Notes: generated by a model not told the origin, from the sequence alone. Positions 38,624 through 51,895 are shown, counted from the whole stretch's first letter. The stretch: 63,392 nucleotides of DNA, filler included, from Basidiobolus ranarum (GCA_040143965.1; 28 parts of 28 records of this genome joined end to end with filler, not necessarily neighbours in it); one strand, 5' to 3'. Numbers and translations: made by a program.

Positions 38624-38974
38624 CTCTAAATCTTTTGTCCCAGGCACCTTCAACATCATTCATCACAGAAGCTAGATAATTCTCACTTACTTGAAGCCTG
38701 GTATGGAAGCTTCTCCCACTTTTGCTACCATTAACAGTGCACTAAATCTGATTGGACAATAGGTTTTGTAATAACAAAACAAATTGACTAGCAGCTTCCT
38801 GGTAGGTATTGGAGAATAAGAGCGACAGTGTTTCTCAAATATAGCTTTTAGGGTGGTGATAGGAGAGCCAGTAGTTGCTTTTGGATTAAGGAGGACTGAC
38901 CATTTAGAGTAGATGGAAAGCATGATATTAATCTTGTATTGATCTGGCACCATACTGATTGATCTGGCATGCAC
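38624..38974 (-). mobile_element. Possible N-terminus of the Harbinger-type transposase
   Basis: CpG-depleted; TG...LLVNLFCYYKTY resembles the HTH region of IS5/Harbinger-like transposases; lies divergent from a Myb-like ORF. Confidence 0.35.
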
Positions 38975-39307
38975 AAGTTATTTATCTAAGAATTTGAATT
39001 ATAATGGTAAAATTCCCTGCATTCTGTATAATAAAATTTCAGTTTGTGTTTATTATTCTAATTATTTCAATTATGTGTAATTGCATCAAAATTATATAAT
39101 AAACTGCATCAGCAAAGTTAATCATAGTTTGATCTAAATCAACTTATCAAGTGCACATATTGAAACGGCTCAAAGCGGAATGCATTATGCTTGATCATAC
39201 TATAGGAAACTAACTTTGCCATTTTAACCAATAATTTAAAAAGATCCCTAATTCTGATTGAAGCCAATAAAGTCTAACATCATAGATATATATGGTAGTT
39301 ACATATC

Positions 39308-40377
39308 ATGTCAAAACAGATTCTTCCTGATTCACAACCAACTTTGGTACAGGAAACTACCACTTCCAAAATTTTGTATGCACAGTCAAATGAAGGTGTG
39401 GGTGCTGCAAAGCAGCATGCACCCAATGATTTTACAGATGCCCAGGTATCCACTATGAATTCTTGCTTGGATACATGGAAGTTGTTGATAAACTTGGCAG
39501 AAGCTGGGGAAGGGGGCATTAGACAAAAGTGGAAGCAACTTTCAACTCTGCTGTGGAGAGAATACTATATCTTCATGCCTTCAGGAGTCTGCAAGAAAAT
39601 ATACAATAAGACTCATGAGGATAGAAAGTGTGAATTGAGGAATAGGAATTCTGATTTTGAGTCCACAAAGACATGCTTCCAATTGCATTTTACTTGTATG
39701 GACCGGAAGTGATTGTTGCAGCCTCAACTTTAGAGACAAAAGATGTTCTAAATGGATATCTACCACTACTCAATGAGACTTTGCAGCCACTGTTGATGGA
39801 GGTTGCTGAGTTCAAAACAACATTTCAGGACACTATGGCAAGAGTAATCAACAGAGGTGTAAAGAGAAAAGCAAGATAATTTATTGAATCAGACAATATT
39901 CCAAAAGGCAAATTGGAGCAGTCTAGACCATTGCAGAGACATACTGGATTACTCCAAATCAAAGAGACTCCTGACAAGGTATCTATTTCACAAGAAGAAT
40001 CTACACAACGCACCACTAGAATTGAGGTAACATCTCCAACAAGGGCAAGATCCCAACAAGTGGGTTCATCAGCTAGTAGTACACATCAACAGCAATGCCA
40101 GCTTGGAAGAGTCCATGATGTTTCTCCCATTTTTGATGAAGAGCAAGCAGTCAATGAAGAACCAGAAAGAGAATGGCCAACATTCTCTAGCATCATAGTG
40201 CATGATTTACCTGATTCAACCAAACCAACCAGTGAACTTTTTACATCTGGAGAAGAGTCAGCTCCAAGGAGCATGCCACCAGACAGACATACTGGTTTAA
40301 TGTGTACTACCATGCAACAGCAACAAAGGCAAACTGCACATTTATTGAACCTTCCACTTTGTTGGATGAAGATTTAA
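39308..40377 (+). pseudogene. Myb/SANT-like (trihelix) DNA-binding protein, degenerate; probable Harbinger second gene
   Basis: FTDAQV...KWKQLSTLL...VCKKIYNK has trihelix-like spacing; broken into three ORFs; CpG-depleted like the TEs. Confidence 0.5.
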
Positions 40378-40694
40378 CAACTGAGAGCAATCTACTAAGA
40401 CAGCAATCTGTTACAATACATGTGCCTTGACAAAAGAATATGCTGGTATCAATGTCTTTTGATCTTGATCATTTACTAAAGCTTCTTTGATCAAAAACAA
40501 CTGTACACTCAACCAGTAGTGTCTTGACAAGGATGCATTCAGAGCAATTGTCCAAAGGTGGAAGGTACCTTTCCCTTAGCAGGAAAGCTTGGGAATGATG
40601 GGGAATAAGAGGGAAACCAACCTTGGGAGGTCTCAAGGTTGGACAATGGGGAGGGAGAGAAGTCTACAGGCAAGTGTAAGTAGTCTGATCAAAC

Positions 40695-40787
40695 TGTCAC
40701 AATAAGGAACTGGACAAGGACTGGAAACAATGACAAGAGGCTAGAAGGCAGGAGAGTACTTGGGTGTAGACCACAAGACAAGACAAG
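40695..40787 (-). repeat. LTR family D end
   Basis: TGTCACAATAAGGAACTGG, identical to the boundary at 17938. Confidence 0.75.
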
Positions 40788-40887
40788 NNNNNNNNNNNNN
40801 NNNNNNNNNNNNNNNNNNNNNNNNNNNNNNNTTAATTAATTAANNNNNNNNNNNNNNNNNNNNNNNNNNNNNNNNNNNNNNNNNNNN

Positions 40888-41695
40888 TCTTAGAAACACC
40901 TGTACATCTCCATATGACTTTATATGACAGCAGTTCAAAAATCTCAAGAACAAGCTCTACTGGAAGAATTTCAAGTGGATCCCAGCATTTTGCGGTGGGG
41001 ACACGCTTGTCGGTAGTGGAGTTGGGGGCAGCTCTGGAGACACTGTGAACCGAGGTGGGTCTATTTACTTGAGAATTTTTATACAGTGTGATGGCTTCCT
41101 GGCTGTATTTAGCTAACAACTGATATCGATGTGGGATAAGTCTCGATGCTCAATAAAGTTTATCAAACCAAATATTTACTTGAATTTCTGGATCTTCTGA
41201 CTTGAGCTTACGTCTGCCACTCTCATAGACATGATATGCAGCCTCATAACGACCACTTGACTTGAGAATCTTCCCAGCACGAATATAACCCTTGGAGTAA
41301 AAGAAATAAGTTACTGTTCTTTACAAGTTTTCGAGAGGAATTGGGTACCTTCGCATTCGAAGGAAACATAGTGATCATCTTTTTGGCATCCCGGTAGGCT
41401 GCTTGAATATTTCCACTTCTTTCGTAGACAGCAGCCCGACAATCGTACAATTCTAATCTGTTAGGTTTGAGCTCAATCGCCTTATAGAATAAACTTCGTT
41501 AAAGACAAACTTCTATGAAGAACAAACTCAAGAGACATCTTAAGATTAAGATTCACTCACTCTGTCGAAATCTTGCACTGCTACTTCATAGTTCTTTTCT
41601 TTGAAATTTTGAACTCCGCTATAATAGTGACTTGACCAGGTGAGTGTTTCGGACTTTTTCCGTTTGTTTGTTGTGGTGGGTTGTGGCTCACTCAT
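40888..41695 (-). CDS. TPR plus F-box protein (Pof3/Dia2-like), 5' part, four exons
   Basis: ATG at 41695; TPR helices (AIELKP..YDCRAAVYE..AYRDAKKMI..P.NAKGYIRAGKIL), then F-box DPLEILPVELVLEIFELL...CTGVSK; GT-AG introns. Confidence 0.85.
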
Positions 41696-42014
41696 ATTCT
41701 TGAATTATCTATAGTATGTGAAAAAGGGACAGAAAATAGGACATACAACTTCGAGATCCAATATTTGGTTTTTCTGATATTTTGTTGATTCAACAATGTT
41801 TTGATAGGATGGAAGGATTATCCCTGGTCATCACTTCGTACCCTAATTAAATGACACCAAATTCCTTCAGCTTACGCTAGTTGCTCGCGTTGTTAGAAAT
41901 GCCGCGTTTCTAAAATGAGCTAATATCATGCCTTGCTAGTATTAGCAATTTCAAAAATATTGTTTATTTCTACACTAAAATCAAGTGAAAACAAGGGCTG
42001 TTCAAAATCCAATA

Positions 42015-42913
42015 TCACCGGAATAATTTGGCAATTAAAATGACAATCAATAAAAGTAAAAGCAGGACCAAAATTAAGCAAATAGAACCTACAGAATTTA
42101 CAATAAACGAATAAACGTTAACATGCATATCATACTTGCTAGTAATGGTATCAAAATATCTTACTAGATTCCTTGGTTTTCTTTCTAACATAATCCAATC
42201 TTCTACGTGCACCGTTTAATTTTTGCTGACTTGAATCAATCGCTTCATCGGTCTCATCTAGTAATTCAATATGACGATCCAACTCATCTGTGATCAGTAG
42301 GCCTAATTCTCTCTGTCTACCAACAGCTTCACTTAGCTCATCCAAGTTGCGGTCTTGTTCTATTTAATCATGTAAAAAGTCCCGTTTGGAGATTATTAAT
42401 AAAAAATGAACTGGTCATAAAGAATAGACAAGAGTACTTTACCCTCCATTATTCTATCCTGAAGTTGTAACACTTGGCCATCGTCAAGTTCCTCAGGATC
42501 CTCAATTTGTACGCTAGTTTCCCATTTTCTACTTTTAGGTGGGCTATTTCCCAGAAGTAGATCTCTGAATGAAAATATTGAATAAACGGAGATATTCCTT
42601 CTAAAAAAATGAGTTAATAAAATACTTACCGTGCTTCTACACTCTGGTCTCCGCTCAATAGAGCCTCTAATTTCTCGTACTGTTGTGACAATTGTATGAC
42701 GTGGTCCTCTTTTTGCTTTAATAAAGGAGAACTGGAAATAATGTTATGTACTGAAAGGGAAAACGTGTTTATATAATAATAACTTATTTACCTAACCCCT
42801 GACTCTTCATCTTTAGATAAATCTTCTTCTAGTTGGTTTATTCCCTCTTTGATGCGCTCCAAATTTTTCTTAATGGTTTTTTCTTGTTGTGAATAATTTA
42901 AGCCTAAACTTTG
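42015..42913 (-). CDS. SYN8: Syntaxin-8-like Qc-SNARE; 5' end replaced by Copia sequence
   Basis: SNARE motif [36 protein letters not shown]-terminal TM helix, several introns. Confidence 0.8.
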
Positions 42914-43021
42914 ACCTAGTAGCCAAAGGCTATTCCCAAACACCAGGAATAGATTATACAGAAACTTTTGCTCCTGTAGCAAAGTTTAATTCAATTAGAT
43001 TGATTTTAGCAATTTCAGCTT
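42914..43021 (+). mobile_element. Copia RT fragment
   Basis: [32 protein letters not shown]. Confidence 0.9.
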
Positions 43022-44459
43022 GTTGTGTCCAAGAGAAAAGTGGATAAAAAGNNNNNNNNNNNNNNNNNNNNNNNNNNNNNNNNNNNNNNNNNNNNTTAAT
43101 TAATTAANNNNNNNNNNNNNNNNNNNNNNNNNNNNNNNNNNNNNNNNNNNNGTTGTTCCCTATCTGCGCAATTTGTAGCAAATGTAGTTGTTGATTAGTC
43201 TTTCTCATTTGTTGACTTTGCATTATGTATCACCCATATTGATTGCTCCTTGGTATTATACCCCTTATTTCTCAGCAGTGGTGCTTTTATTGCCACACTG
43301 GAGGCTTCTTAGCATCACCTACTTTGGCTTTGGCAGGTAGTTTTCAGGTCCTACTTAACCCTGTTCTTAGGTACTTCTGAAGTGCTTCTGCAATTATCTT
43401 CTATCTTATATTCTAACTTCAGGTCTATCATTTATCAAGAAGTTTGGCAATGTCACATATCAGCATGTAAATCTTCATTTCAGTATACATGTTTTCTCTG
43501 AAAGTATATTATTCTCAAGGTAAAGATAAAACTGTTTGGAGCTTGTGAGTTTTTGGGCATGAATTAGAATCTTGAATCACAGACTTTAAATTCATTCCAT
43601 TGAACATCACTAACCTATGGTTTAATAGGAAATAAGATTAATAGATGAATTTAGATAATAACAATGATGCCTTTAATATTGGCTAAGGGTGGATGAACAG
43701 TGGTAATGGAATGATGGTGTAGTAATGGAATTTTACTGTGGATAAAATATTGGCTTTAAAGGTGTGAGAAGCCCTGTATATACTAATATTCTTTCATCTA
43801 GTGAACAGATGGGCTGATGAGCAGATGACCCATCATCTGATCACCAGTTCATAAAGCACAAAACAACTGCGGCTGAGACTCAAAATAATGACACATCACT
43901 TCCTAAGACATATGTTGTAATCATACCTAAGTATAGCACCAGTTAAGATCTTGGTGATTGGTTGATCCTTTTAATAAGCTGTAACAAGCATTAATACTAA
44001 CAAAAATAGCAATCTCATGAACTACCTAAGTATATTCCAATATATAAACCATTTATGAACCTTCAAGATTTTTTCCGGAGGATGTATTCCTATGGTGAAA
44101 GTTAGTTGAGATAATCTCATTACCATATCTATTAATTAGCACAATGAACACTCATGCAGAGTGTAAAAACTCAGTACAATCTAAACAGTATAAGAATTCG
44201 CTAACTACTATGCCTAACAATTTTAAAATTTAATATTGCATTTCAAGCATCTTACATACTAATTGTTTCTTGTCCCATACCCTGAACAACTCTCAAGCAA
44301 CTCTCCTCCAAGTGTTACCAAAACATGACTAAAAATAGCATCTGAAGCTATGGTTTTAGATTAATCAGCCAAGTACATACTTGATAAAAAGTATGCATTT
44401 GAGAGAAGTAATACAATAACTAAACTTTACCACTGATTTGGTGAATCCATTGACAGGTT

Positions 44460-44640
44460 ACATATTAGTATTGTCAACAAAGCAAAATCCATCAGGTTCT
44501 GGTTTACCTCTACTAATTGGAGTTTCACCCCTTGCCCAAAATAATGTAAAAGCTTCACATAGAGGATCTACTAAGAACTAATGAACAACTCTGGACTAAT
44601 TAGCAACTGTTGCTTTCTTTATGTTGCTTACACAACTATT
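44460..44640 (-). pseudogene. Possible HAD-hydrolase relic
   Basis: IILGKGETPISRGKPEPDGF (GKP.PD motif); stops and frameshifts. Confidence 0.35.
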
Positions 44641-45413
44641 GAGAACATATCTGTATTGACTTCCCTAATGGTGAATGTACCAAATTTTATATTGAGATGA
44701 ATAACCATATTAGACTCACAAACTGCATATTGAAAGAATAGCCCTATCATTTTTTACCTTACTTCATGACTTTTGAGTCTCTGCTTTTAAAGTTTTCAAT
44801 AATCAATGTTTCTTGGCTGCATACCAATGGCTCATCCTGGGGGTATTTGGCACTGAATACAATCTATTTTTAGCTAGTCGCATACCTACAATTACTAAGC
44901 ATCATACCAAACTTGCTTCACAGTAGTACTTTTCCTATTGAAAAGATTCTCATGCAAATATTTCCCAAATCATTCTTTTTTATGATCATACCTTTCAACA
45001 CTTATCAGTGATCTTTAGGAAACATTAGGTGCTCCATTGGGTATCTCCTGCATACTTGTTCACCTAACACCATACCTTCTGTTATTTGGCAGCAGTCTTT
45101 TTGCTGCTTAAACTCTGTCTTTGGTGCATCCCATACCATCAGGTACCTAGTATCCTATCTTCTGTTCAATGCCAGCCAGTGTTATCACTGGATAGAGTAT
45201 ATTTTCAGTGGCTTCAAACCCATTAACTTTTTACATCATATATTTTATAGTTTGCAAGCAGTTCTTACCACTGCATTATCTCTGCCTTGAGTCCTTGCCA
45301 AACAGCTCCTTATNNNNNNNNNNNNNNNNNNNNNNNNNNNNNNNNNNNNNNNNNNNNTTAATTAATTAANNNNNNNNNNNNNNNNNNNNNNNNNNNNNNN
45401 NNNNNNNNNNNNN

Positions 45414-45716
45414 TAATTGTTTTGTATTTCTCTTAAACCTGGCTTATATCTTAATAAATCAAAATGTGCATTAGCTAAAGGTTTGGTTAAGATGTCAGCT
45501 ATCATTTCTTCAGTTGGGCAATAAAAAAGTTCAACTATTTCATTCTCTATTGCTACTTTAACAAAATCATGCCTAATATCTATATGTTTTGTTCTAGCAT
45601 GAAAAGTAGGGTTTTTAGCTAATCAAATATAACTTTGATTAGCTTCAAATACAGTATTAGTACATTTTTGCATGTATCCTAAATCTGTAATTAACTTCCT
45701 TAACCATGTAGCTTCT
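45414..45716 (-). mobile_element. Copia RNase H end
   Basis: NPTFHARTKHIDIRHDFV, EMIADILTKPL. Confidence 0.9.
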
Positions 45717-46629
45717 GGTTATTGACCAAATTTCAACAATACAAAGCTCTGTATTTCCGGAGTCAGATGTACCAGCAGATATACAGGCACAAAGGCTAAA
45801 TTTTACCATAGAACCCAGTACACCAGTTGGAAGAGTGCTGAATATAGAAGTTTATCCAACACCTGGCATATCTCAGCAAGCCCAAACATCTGCAAATAAA
45901 ACTTATAGCTCCCCAACCTGAACTGGTATGTTTCTAAGTGTCAAAAATAGCCCCAGGCTCAAAGGCAAGCAACAAGCTGCACAAACACCACAAAGCTTCC
46001 TCAGTATTGTCACACTACATGGGGGTACAAAAATAGCAAAAGTGCTTGAAGAGTATTTTCAAAAGTATGAAGGGAAAAACATAGTGGAAATATGCAGAAA
46101 GTGGCTGCAGAGGTTCACAATCAACTTGATACTCACCCAGGCATAGACCTTGCAGATATCTGTGAAAAACTTGATACAGAGTGGTATAATATTGCAGGGT
46201 ATCCACAAGATAGCTGGAAGATTGTTGATTCAGCAATGTTGATACAATGGTGGGCTTTGATGGAGATATCAAAACAAACTTATGTGGGACGTAACCCAAA
46301 CCTGGGTATGAAGAACTCTATAATAATATTCAGGATAGTATTTCAAAGAAACTAGGGAATTTGAAGGCAACTAATTAGTATTCAAGTGGTATATGTGTAA
46401 AATTTGAGTTACATTCTTTGCACATGTGTGGATCCATAGTCCTCTGAGATTGTAGACAATCATGTTCATCTATTTTGTGAGATCTTAAAACATCACTCAT
46501 GAAACTGTAAAATTGATCAAGATCAAATCAAACTTGACAGTTTTATGATGGTAAATAAGCAGTCATTCCAAAATGGATTAAAATAGTGGCAGTTTTCCTG
46601 CAATAACAATCCTCAAATTTCTGTTAGGG
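45717..46629 (+). mobile_element. CACTA ORF2 3' half and terminus ...TGTTAGGG
   Basis: Collinear with 31826-32650(-); ends TGTTAGGG at 46622-46629. Confidence 0.8.
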
Positions 46630-46844
46630 ATACTGATTGCTAACTACATAGCTAATAACTAATAAAATGGATAATGCTGATCTGTGGATAATAGTGATAC
46701 ACAGACAGTACTGATAAACTGACCATTCTGAATATTGCATAACCTAACTAATACTTGAGCTGCTATGGTTAGCAAATCATAACATTCTCCCTCTCTCAGA
46801 ATGAGAATGCCCTTCTGAGCCTTTATTCTTGTAACACCAATAAT

Positions 46845-47575
46845 TATTGGGAAAATATGGGCTGTTTGGAGGAACTTTAGAAAAGTGGAGTTGTGAATAT
46901 CTTTGTGAGACAACTATTTAGTGTCCGGAAATAAAGCATTGATACATTTTGGTGGAAATACAGAAAACTAACACTGGGGTTGTGTTCAGAACATCTGTGG
47001 GAGTAAAATGGGCTATCTTTGGGGCAATTTGGATGAGTTTGAAATTTCCAATATGGAATTGCTAATTCTCACATTATTCACATATATATATAAATATGTT
47101 CCAATTTTCAGCTAAGTGATATTTGACTAAGTAATATTAACTAACTTAAATGTGATATATGAAATAGTTAGGTGTATAAACATAGAGAAAACAAATATGA
47201 TAAAGACAATAAACTTCAGCACTCCCACTCAACTAAATACTCATATATCTTAATCCTAACTTAAATCTTAATTCTTCAAATTTTGGCTTGAGTAATGGTT
47301 TGGTAAGGATGTCAGCAATCATATCCTCAGTTGGACGGTACTCCTGTTGGACATGCTTATTCTCAATAGCTTCCCTAACAAAGTGATGTTGAATATTAAT
47401 ATGCTTACTTCTAGCCTGAAATTTGGGATTTTTTGCTAAAGAAATACAACTTTGATTATCCTTGAAAATTATGGTGGGTGAAATTTGAATAATGCCCAAG
47501 TCTTTGAGCAGCTTCCTTAACCACATAGCCTCCTTTGTTGTATGTGATGCTGCCATGTATTCTGCTTCAGTTGTT
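46845..47575 (-). mobile_element. Copia family B 3' end: RNase H (47233-47575), PPT and LTR (46845-47221)
   Basis: KEAMWLRKLL, SKHINIQHHFVRE, MIADILTKPL; PPT TTGAGTGGGAG. Confidence 0.93.
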
Positions 47576-47675
47576 NNNNNNNNNNNNNNNNNNNNNNNNN
47601 NNNNNNNNNNNNNNNNNNNTTAATTAATTAANNNNNNNNNNNNNNNNNNNNNNNNNNNNNNNNNNNNNNNNNNNN

Positions 47676-48594
47676 AATTACATAGTCACCACCTAAGTAG
47701 ACTTTCCTTGTTTCGATTAGTTTTGAGCTGGAAAACCAATCTTTCTTGTTTGACATATGCTGGGAAGCTCCTGTATCAATGTACCATGTGTCTGAGCCAT
47801 CTTTTGTGGTTACTGATAGGGTGGACACAAATAGAGAGTCCCTATCAGTGCTTACTTGACTTGTTTGTTCCAATTTTAGCTTGAGATTAACTTCACCCAA
47901 GATATAACCTTGTAGCTAGACTTTTAGTCTAATATAGTCCCTCAAGTGTTTCCCAAGCATTTTGGATGTTTTTGGCTCATTGTGTATGCCTCAATTGAGA
48001 GTCTCTGAGATGTAGATAAAGTGTAGAGTGCATTCCTTTGCTTCTTGTGAGAGCCAAGAATAGCTTCTGGTGGTCCCTTTGGCTCTATTTCTTCTCCTGT
48101 AACAAGGTCCTTGTCTTCTAGCACCATTTGCATCTTGAACTCCAAAGGTGAAGTCTTCACCATCAAAATTCTCTGTGGATGCAAAAATATTGGTAATAGT
48201 ACTTGGAGACAATCTGTTAACAACTAGCTTGGGGCTCATAACCTGATAAAAGTGTTTGGGGGATTTGGAAGTGTGTTGGATAAGATTTAGATTTCAGAAT
48301 TAGACACTTGAGTTTTATTAAATTGAATATGTCCTATTCATAGTCTACTATGAAGTAGGACTATTAGACATGCTCAGATCATACCAAACATGCCTGTTAA
48401 GCATGGGTGAATATTTGAGATGATTCGGAGAAGTTTTGAAAAAAAAATGTAAATTGGTCAAAGTCATCTAAGTGAGATTTATATCAATTTGAGCAATAAA
48501 CACATGCTTTTGAATGACAGAAATGAGTACTAAATAATTAGAATATGATGAAACTAGCTACTAAAAATGAGTTGCTATTAACCTAATTTCAACA
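47676..48594 (-). mobile_element. Copia family C 5' end: LTR 48244-48594, PBS 48232-48243, gag and protease
   Basis: LTR TGTTGAAATTAGG...TTTTATCA, then GGTTATGAGCCC; gag ENFDGEDF..FKMQMVLEDKDL; protease WYIDTGASQHM. Confidence 0.9.
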
Positions 48595-48614
48595 CACTAG
48601 ACCTCTTAATAAAC

Positions 48615-49836
48615 TTTTTAGATTCAGTCTATCTTCTGTAACCCTGTAACAAAGTTTTCAGCTCCAATTACAAAATCTTTGCAAAGTCACTGTATCTGCC
48701 TGAAATCTGCCAATGTGAATTGATGCCATAGGAATATATAAACAATATCCACAAAACAACTCCCAATGTTGCCACTACTTATCAGGCAGAAATCTTTTCA
48801 AGATTCCACTTGAATATATACAAATCCAATATTTCCAGTGTTTGCATCAGAATAAATGCCTAGATAAGTGGATATTGATGGGAGTCCTGGTAAATTATGA
48901 TGGTATCTTGATGTTTTCAAGCATTTTCCCAATTGATTCAAACTTTGATCCTATTTCAAATGGCTCATTCATATTGAATTTTCCACTTTATTACTGAGTA
49001 AGTAGTAGTAGAATGTTGTTGAATAGTAAGTGCATAGTGCCTAAAGGGAAGCTCTGGCTCCAGCTGATCCCCTTTAGCAATATAATCTCAGGCTTATGGC
49101 TAATACCAAGTTTGATGTAAGACTGACTATTTGGTGAGTTGATATCAGTGATCATGTTGAAATTTGACTGGGCTCTTGATGGTAAAATCATGGGGCTTAG
49201 TTTTGTATATGTATAGTAGTAATGAGCATGTTCTCAAAGAAACCTTGACTTTTCTGATTCTGGTAGTGATATTCATCAAGTATATTAGTAATACTATCAG
49301 CTTTATGGTGAGTACATTGGTATTGGATCAATGATCTATAGTTGCCAATCAGCTGTGGTAAAAGTGTAAGAAATCAATAAACACCTGATTGCTAAGATTA
49401 GATTGAACTCTGCACTCCTGAAAAATCAAAGCTGTTTCCTTTACTTTGAGTATTATGAGGGGACTAAAGCTTGCCAATAACCAAGGTCCCCTAACAAGTC
49501 TTCTTCTTTGACTTCTGATATACTATCATCAGTACCTGAATAACCAAGGTCAACATCTAGTATAATGTGCTCAAAGTTTTCTGAACTTACAGGTTTGACC
49601 AAATTTGCATTTCTATCTACATCATTCTGGTCATATAACTGTGGTTACTCCAAGATATCTTGACATTTGGCAATGTTACCAAAACTTTGATGCAAAGTAC
49701 AGTCAGTGGACTCAGTGGGCAAAATTAAAGTTGATTTTGCGTACCTATTACTGTTGATATTCACTAGGCTTGGTGCAGCTGGTGTCTTTGTACAGTCACC
49801 GTGCTTGTGAGTATTTTTTCTATGAAGCCTCTTGCT
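48615..49836 (-). mobile_element. CACTA transposase with internal deletions
   Basis: SWSQSFPLGTMHLLFNN; collinear with the other copies. Confidence 0.85.
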
Positions 49837-49936
49837 NNNNNNNNNNNNNNNNNNNNNNNNNNNNNNNNNNNNNNNNNNNNTTAATTAATTAANNNNNNNN
49901 NNNNNNNNNNNNNNNNNNNNNNNNNNNNNNNNNNNN

Positions 49937-51893
49937 CTTAATTGCCCCTTGCAAGCAAAAGCCCAGGATATGGAAAAACAAAAGCTACAATACTCTGAAG
50001 GTTGTTGACTTATTTCATGTGGCTTATCCTGTGTTTTTGCAAGCAAATAGCAATTGGGCAAGTACATGCATATTCATGGGATGTCTCCCATATATACACT
50101 ATTATCAACTTGGAAAAGAAAGAAAAGTAGCCAAAGATGCACTCAAGGTGCAGGAAGTTGGTAAACTAAAGAGACAAGCTATGGAGGTTTATTGTCTTTA
50201 TCATATTGGTTATCTCTTTCTTTGTACACTTAACTCTTTCCAATGTAACATATAATTTAGTTAAGATTACTTTGTCAAATATGACTTAACTGCAAGTTGG
50301 AACATATATTTTATACATATGTGAATAATATGAGAATTAGCAGTTCCATATTGGAAATTTCACACTCATCTAAATTGCCCCAAAGATAGCTCATTTTACT
50401 CCCACAGATGTTCTCAACAACCCCAGTGTTAGTTTTCTGCATTTCCACCAAAATGTACAAATGCTTCATTTTTGGACAATAAATAATTATCTCACAAAGC
50501 TATAGTCCACTCCACTTTTCTAAAGTTTCTCAAAGCAGCCCATATTTTCCTAATAAAAGCAAAGAAGCCAGTGAGTTTTGGCTCTACTGTTCCACTTACT
50601 AAATTATGAAATGCCATTGCAAAGATCTATACTTGCAAAATCAGATATACTGGCATAATGGCTTAATTTTACCATGCAACCAAGCACATCAGCTGGAAGA
50701 GTGCTAATTAGGCAACTTATCTAACACCTAGCACCTCTCAACAAACCAAAACAACAGCAAATAGGACTCATTGCACTCCAATTCCAACTGATACTTTGCA
50801 AAGTATAGGTTGAGCTAATTTCAACACTTTGAAATGTACCAATTGAGGCTGGAGAGCCATGAGTTTTATTTGATGGTGTTTGGGCTTGTTGAGAGGTGCC
50901 AGGCATTGGATAAACTTCCGAATTTAGCACTCTCTCAATTGGTGTACTGGTTCCACGATGAAATCAAGCGTGTTGACCAGTATATCTGACTTGTAAAATA
51001 CAGATCTTTGTAATGGTGCAAAGAATTTGATAAGTGGGATAGTCAAACCTAAACTCACTGTCTCCTTTGCTTTTCCCTTGGGTTTACTAACTTCCTGCTC
51101 GTTGAGTGCTTCTTTAGCTGGTTTTCTCTCTTTGTCAAGTCAATAGTTGCGTATATTCCTGAGATGTTTCATGAATAGGCCTATACTTGCCCAATTGCCA
51201 TTTGCTTACAAATACCCAGCATAAGTGACAGGAAATAAGTCAAGAACCTGCAGAGTAATACCTGGTTTTTGGTTTTTCCACAATTGGCTCAAATTAAGGC
51301 AATTTTGGGCAAGATTCAATATAGCTTCCAAACTGTTAAATCACTTATCAGCAGAGCAAATGATGGCAGCTCTGACAACCAGAGCCTTTTGGTTTGCTGG
51401 TTTTCCTACAAGATTCTGACTTACCTGTGCCCAAGCAACTTTGAGTTGTTGTGTAGGCTTAATGGTCCAACACAGACTCTGCTCTGCTAGATTGTCAGAG
51501 TGATGCTCATATATATGGTGTGGGATTGATTGAAATTCCATATGAGAATGGATGGAGGAAGCAGCATGCTGCTGTAGCTCATGTATACAAGTCATTATGG
51601 TGTTCTGCCTGCAACTCACTTGTTGTACTAATACTATTCAAGTTTTCCACAAAGGGTTGTTCAATATTGAGCAAAGTAGCCATATTAAAGCTCACTGGCT
51701 TGACAGTGTTTTGGTTGAACTTTGCTCAACTATTAACTTACTACATAAATGGGGGATTACAATCTCTTCACTTGCACTATTGCTGGAAAGGAACACATCT
51801 GGTAAATGATAAATGCTTTATCATTACTTGAGCTAGTTTCTGGCATGTTAATGCAATCCAAAGTGGATAGCGAATTGTAAGACTGCTCATCAA
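49937..51893. mobile_element. Two opposed CACTA ORF2 fragments (+ to ~50790, - thereafter), with a solo family-B LTR at 50180-50555
   Basis: Homologous to 32400-33650; LTR flanked by CAAGC/AAAGC. Confidence 0.75.
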
Positions 51894-51895
51894 AT

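Noticed and set aside
43152-45313. Possible Gypsy gag and RNase H remnants at the ends of this contig
   Set aside because: Too decayed to support by eye.
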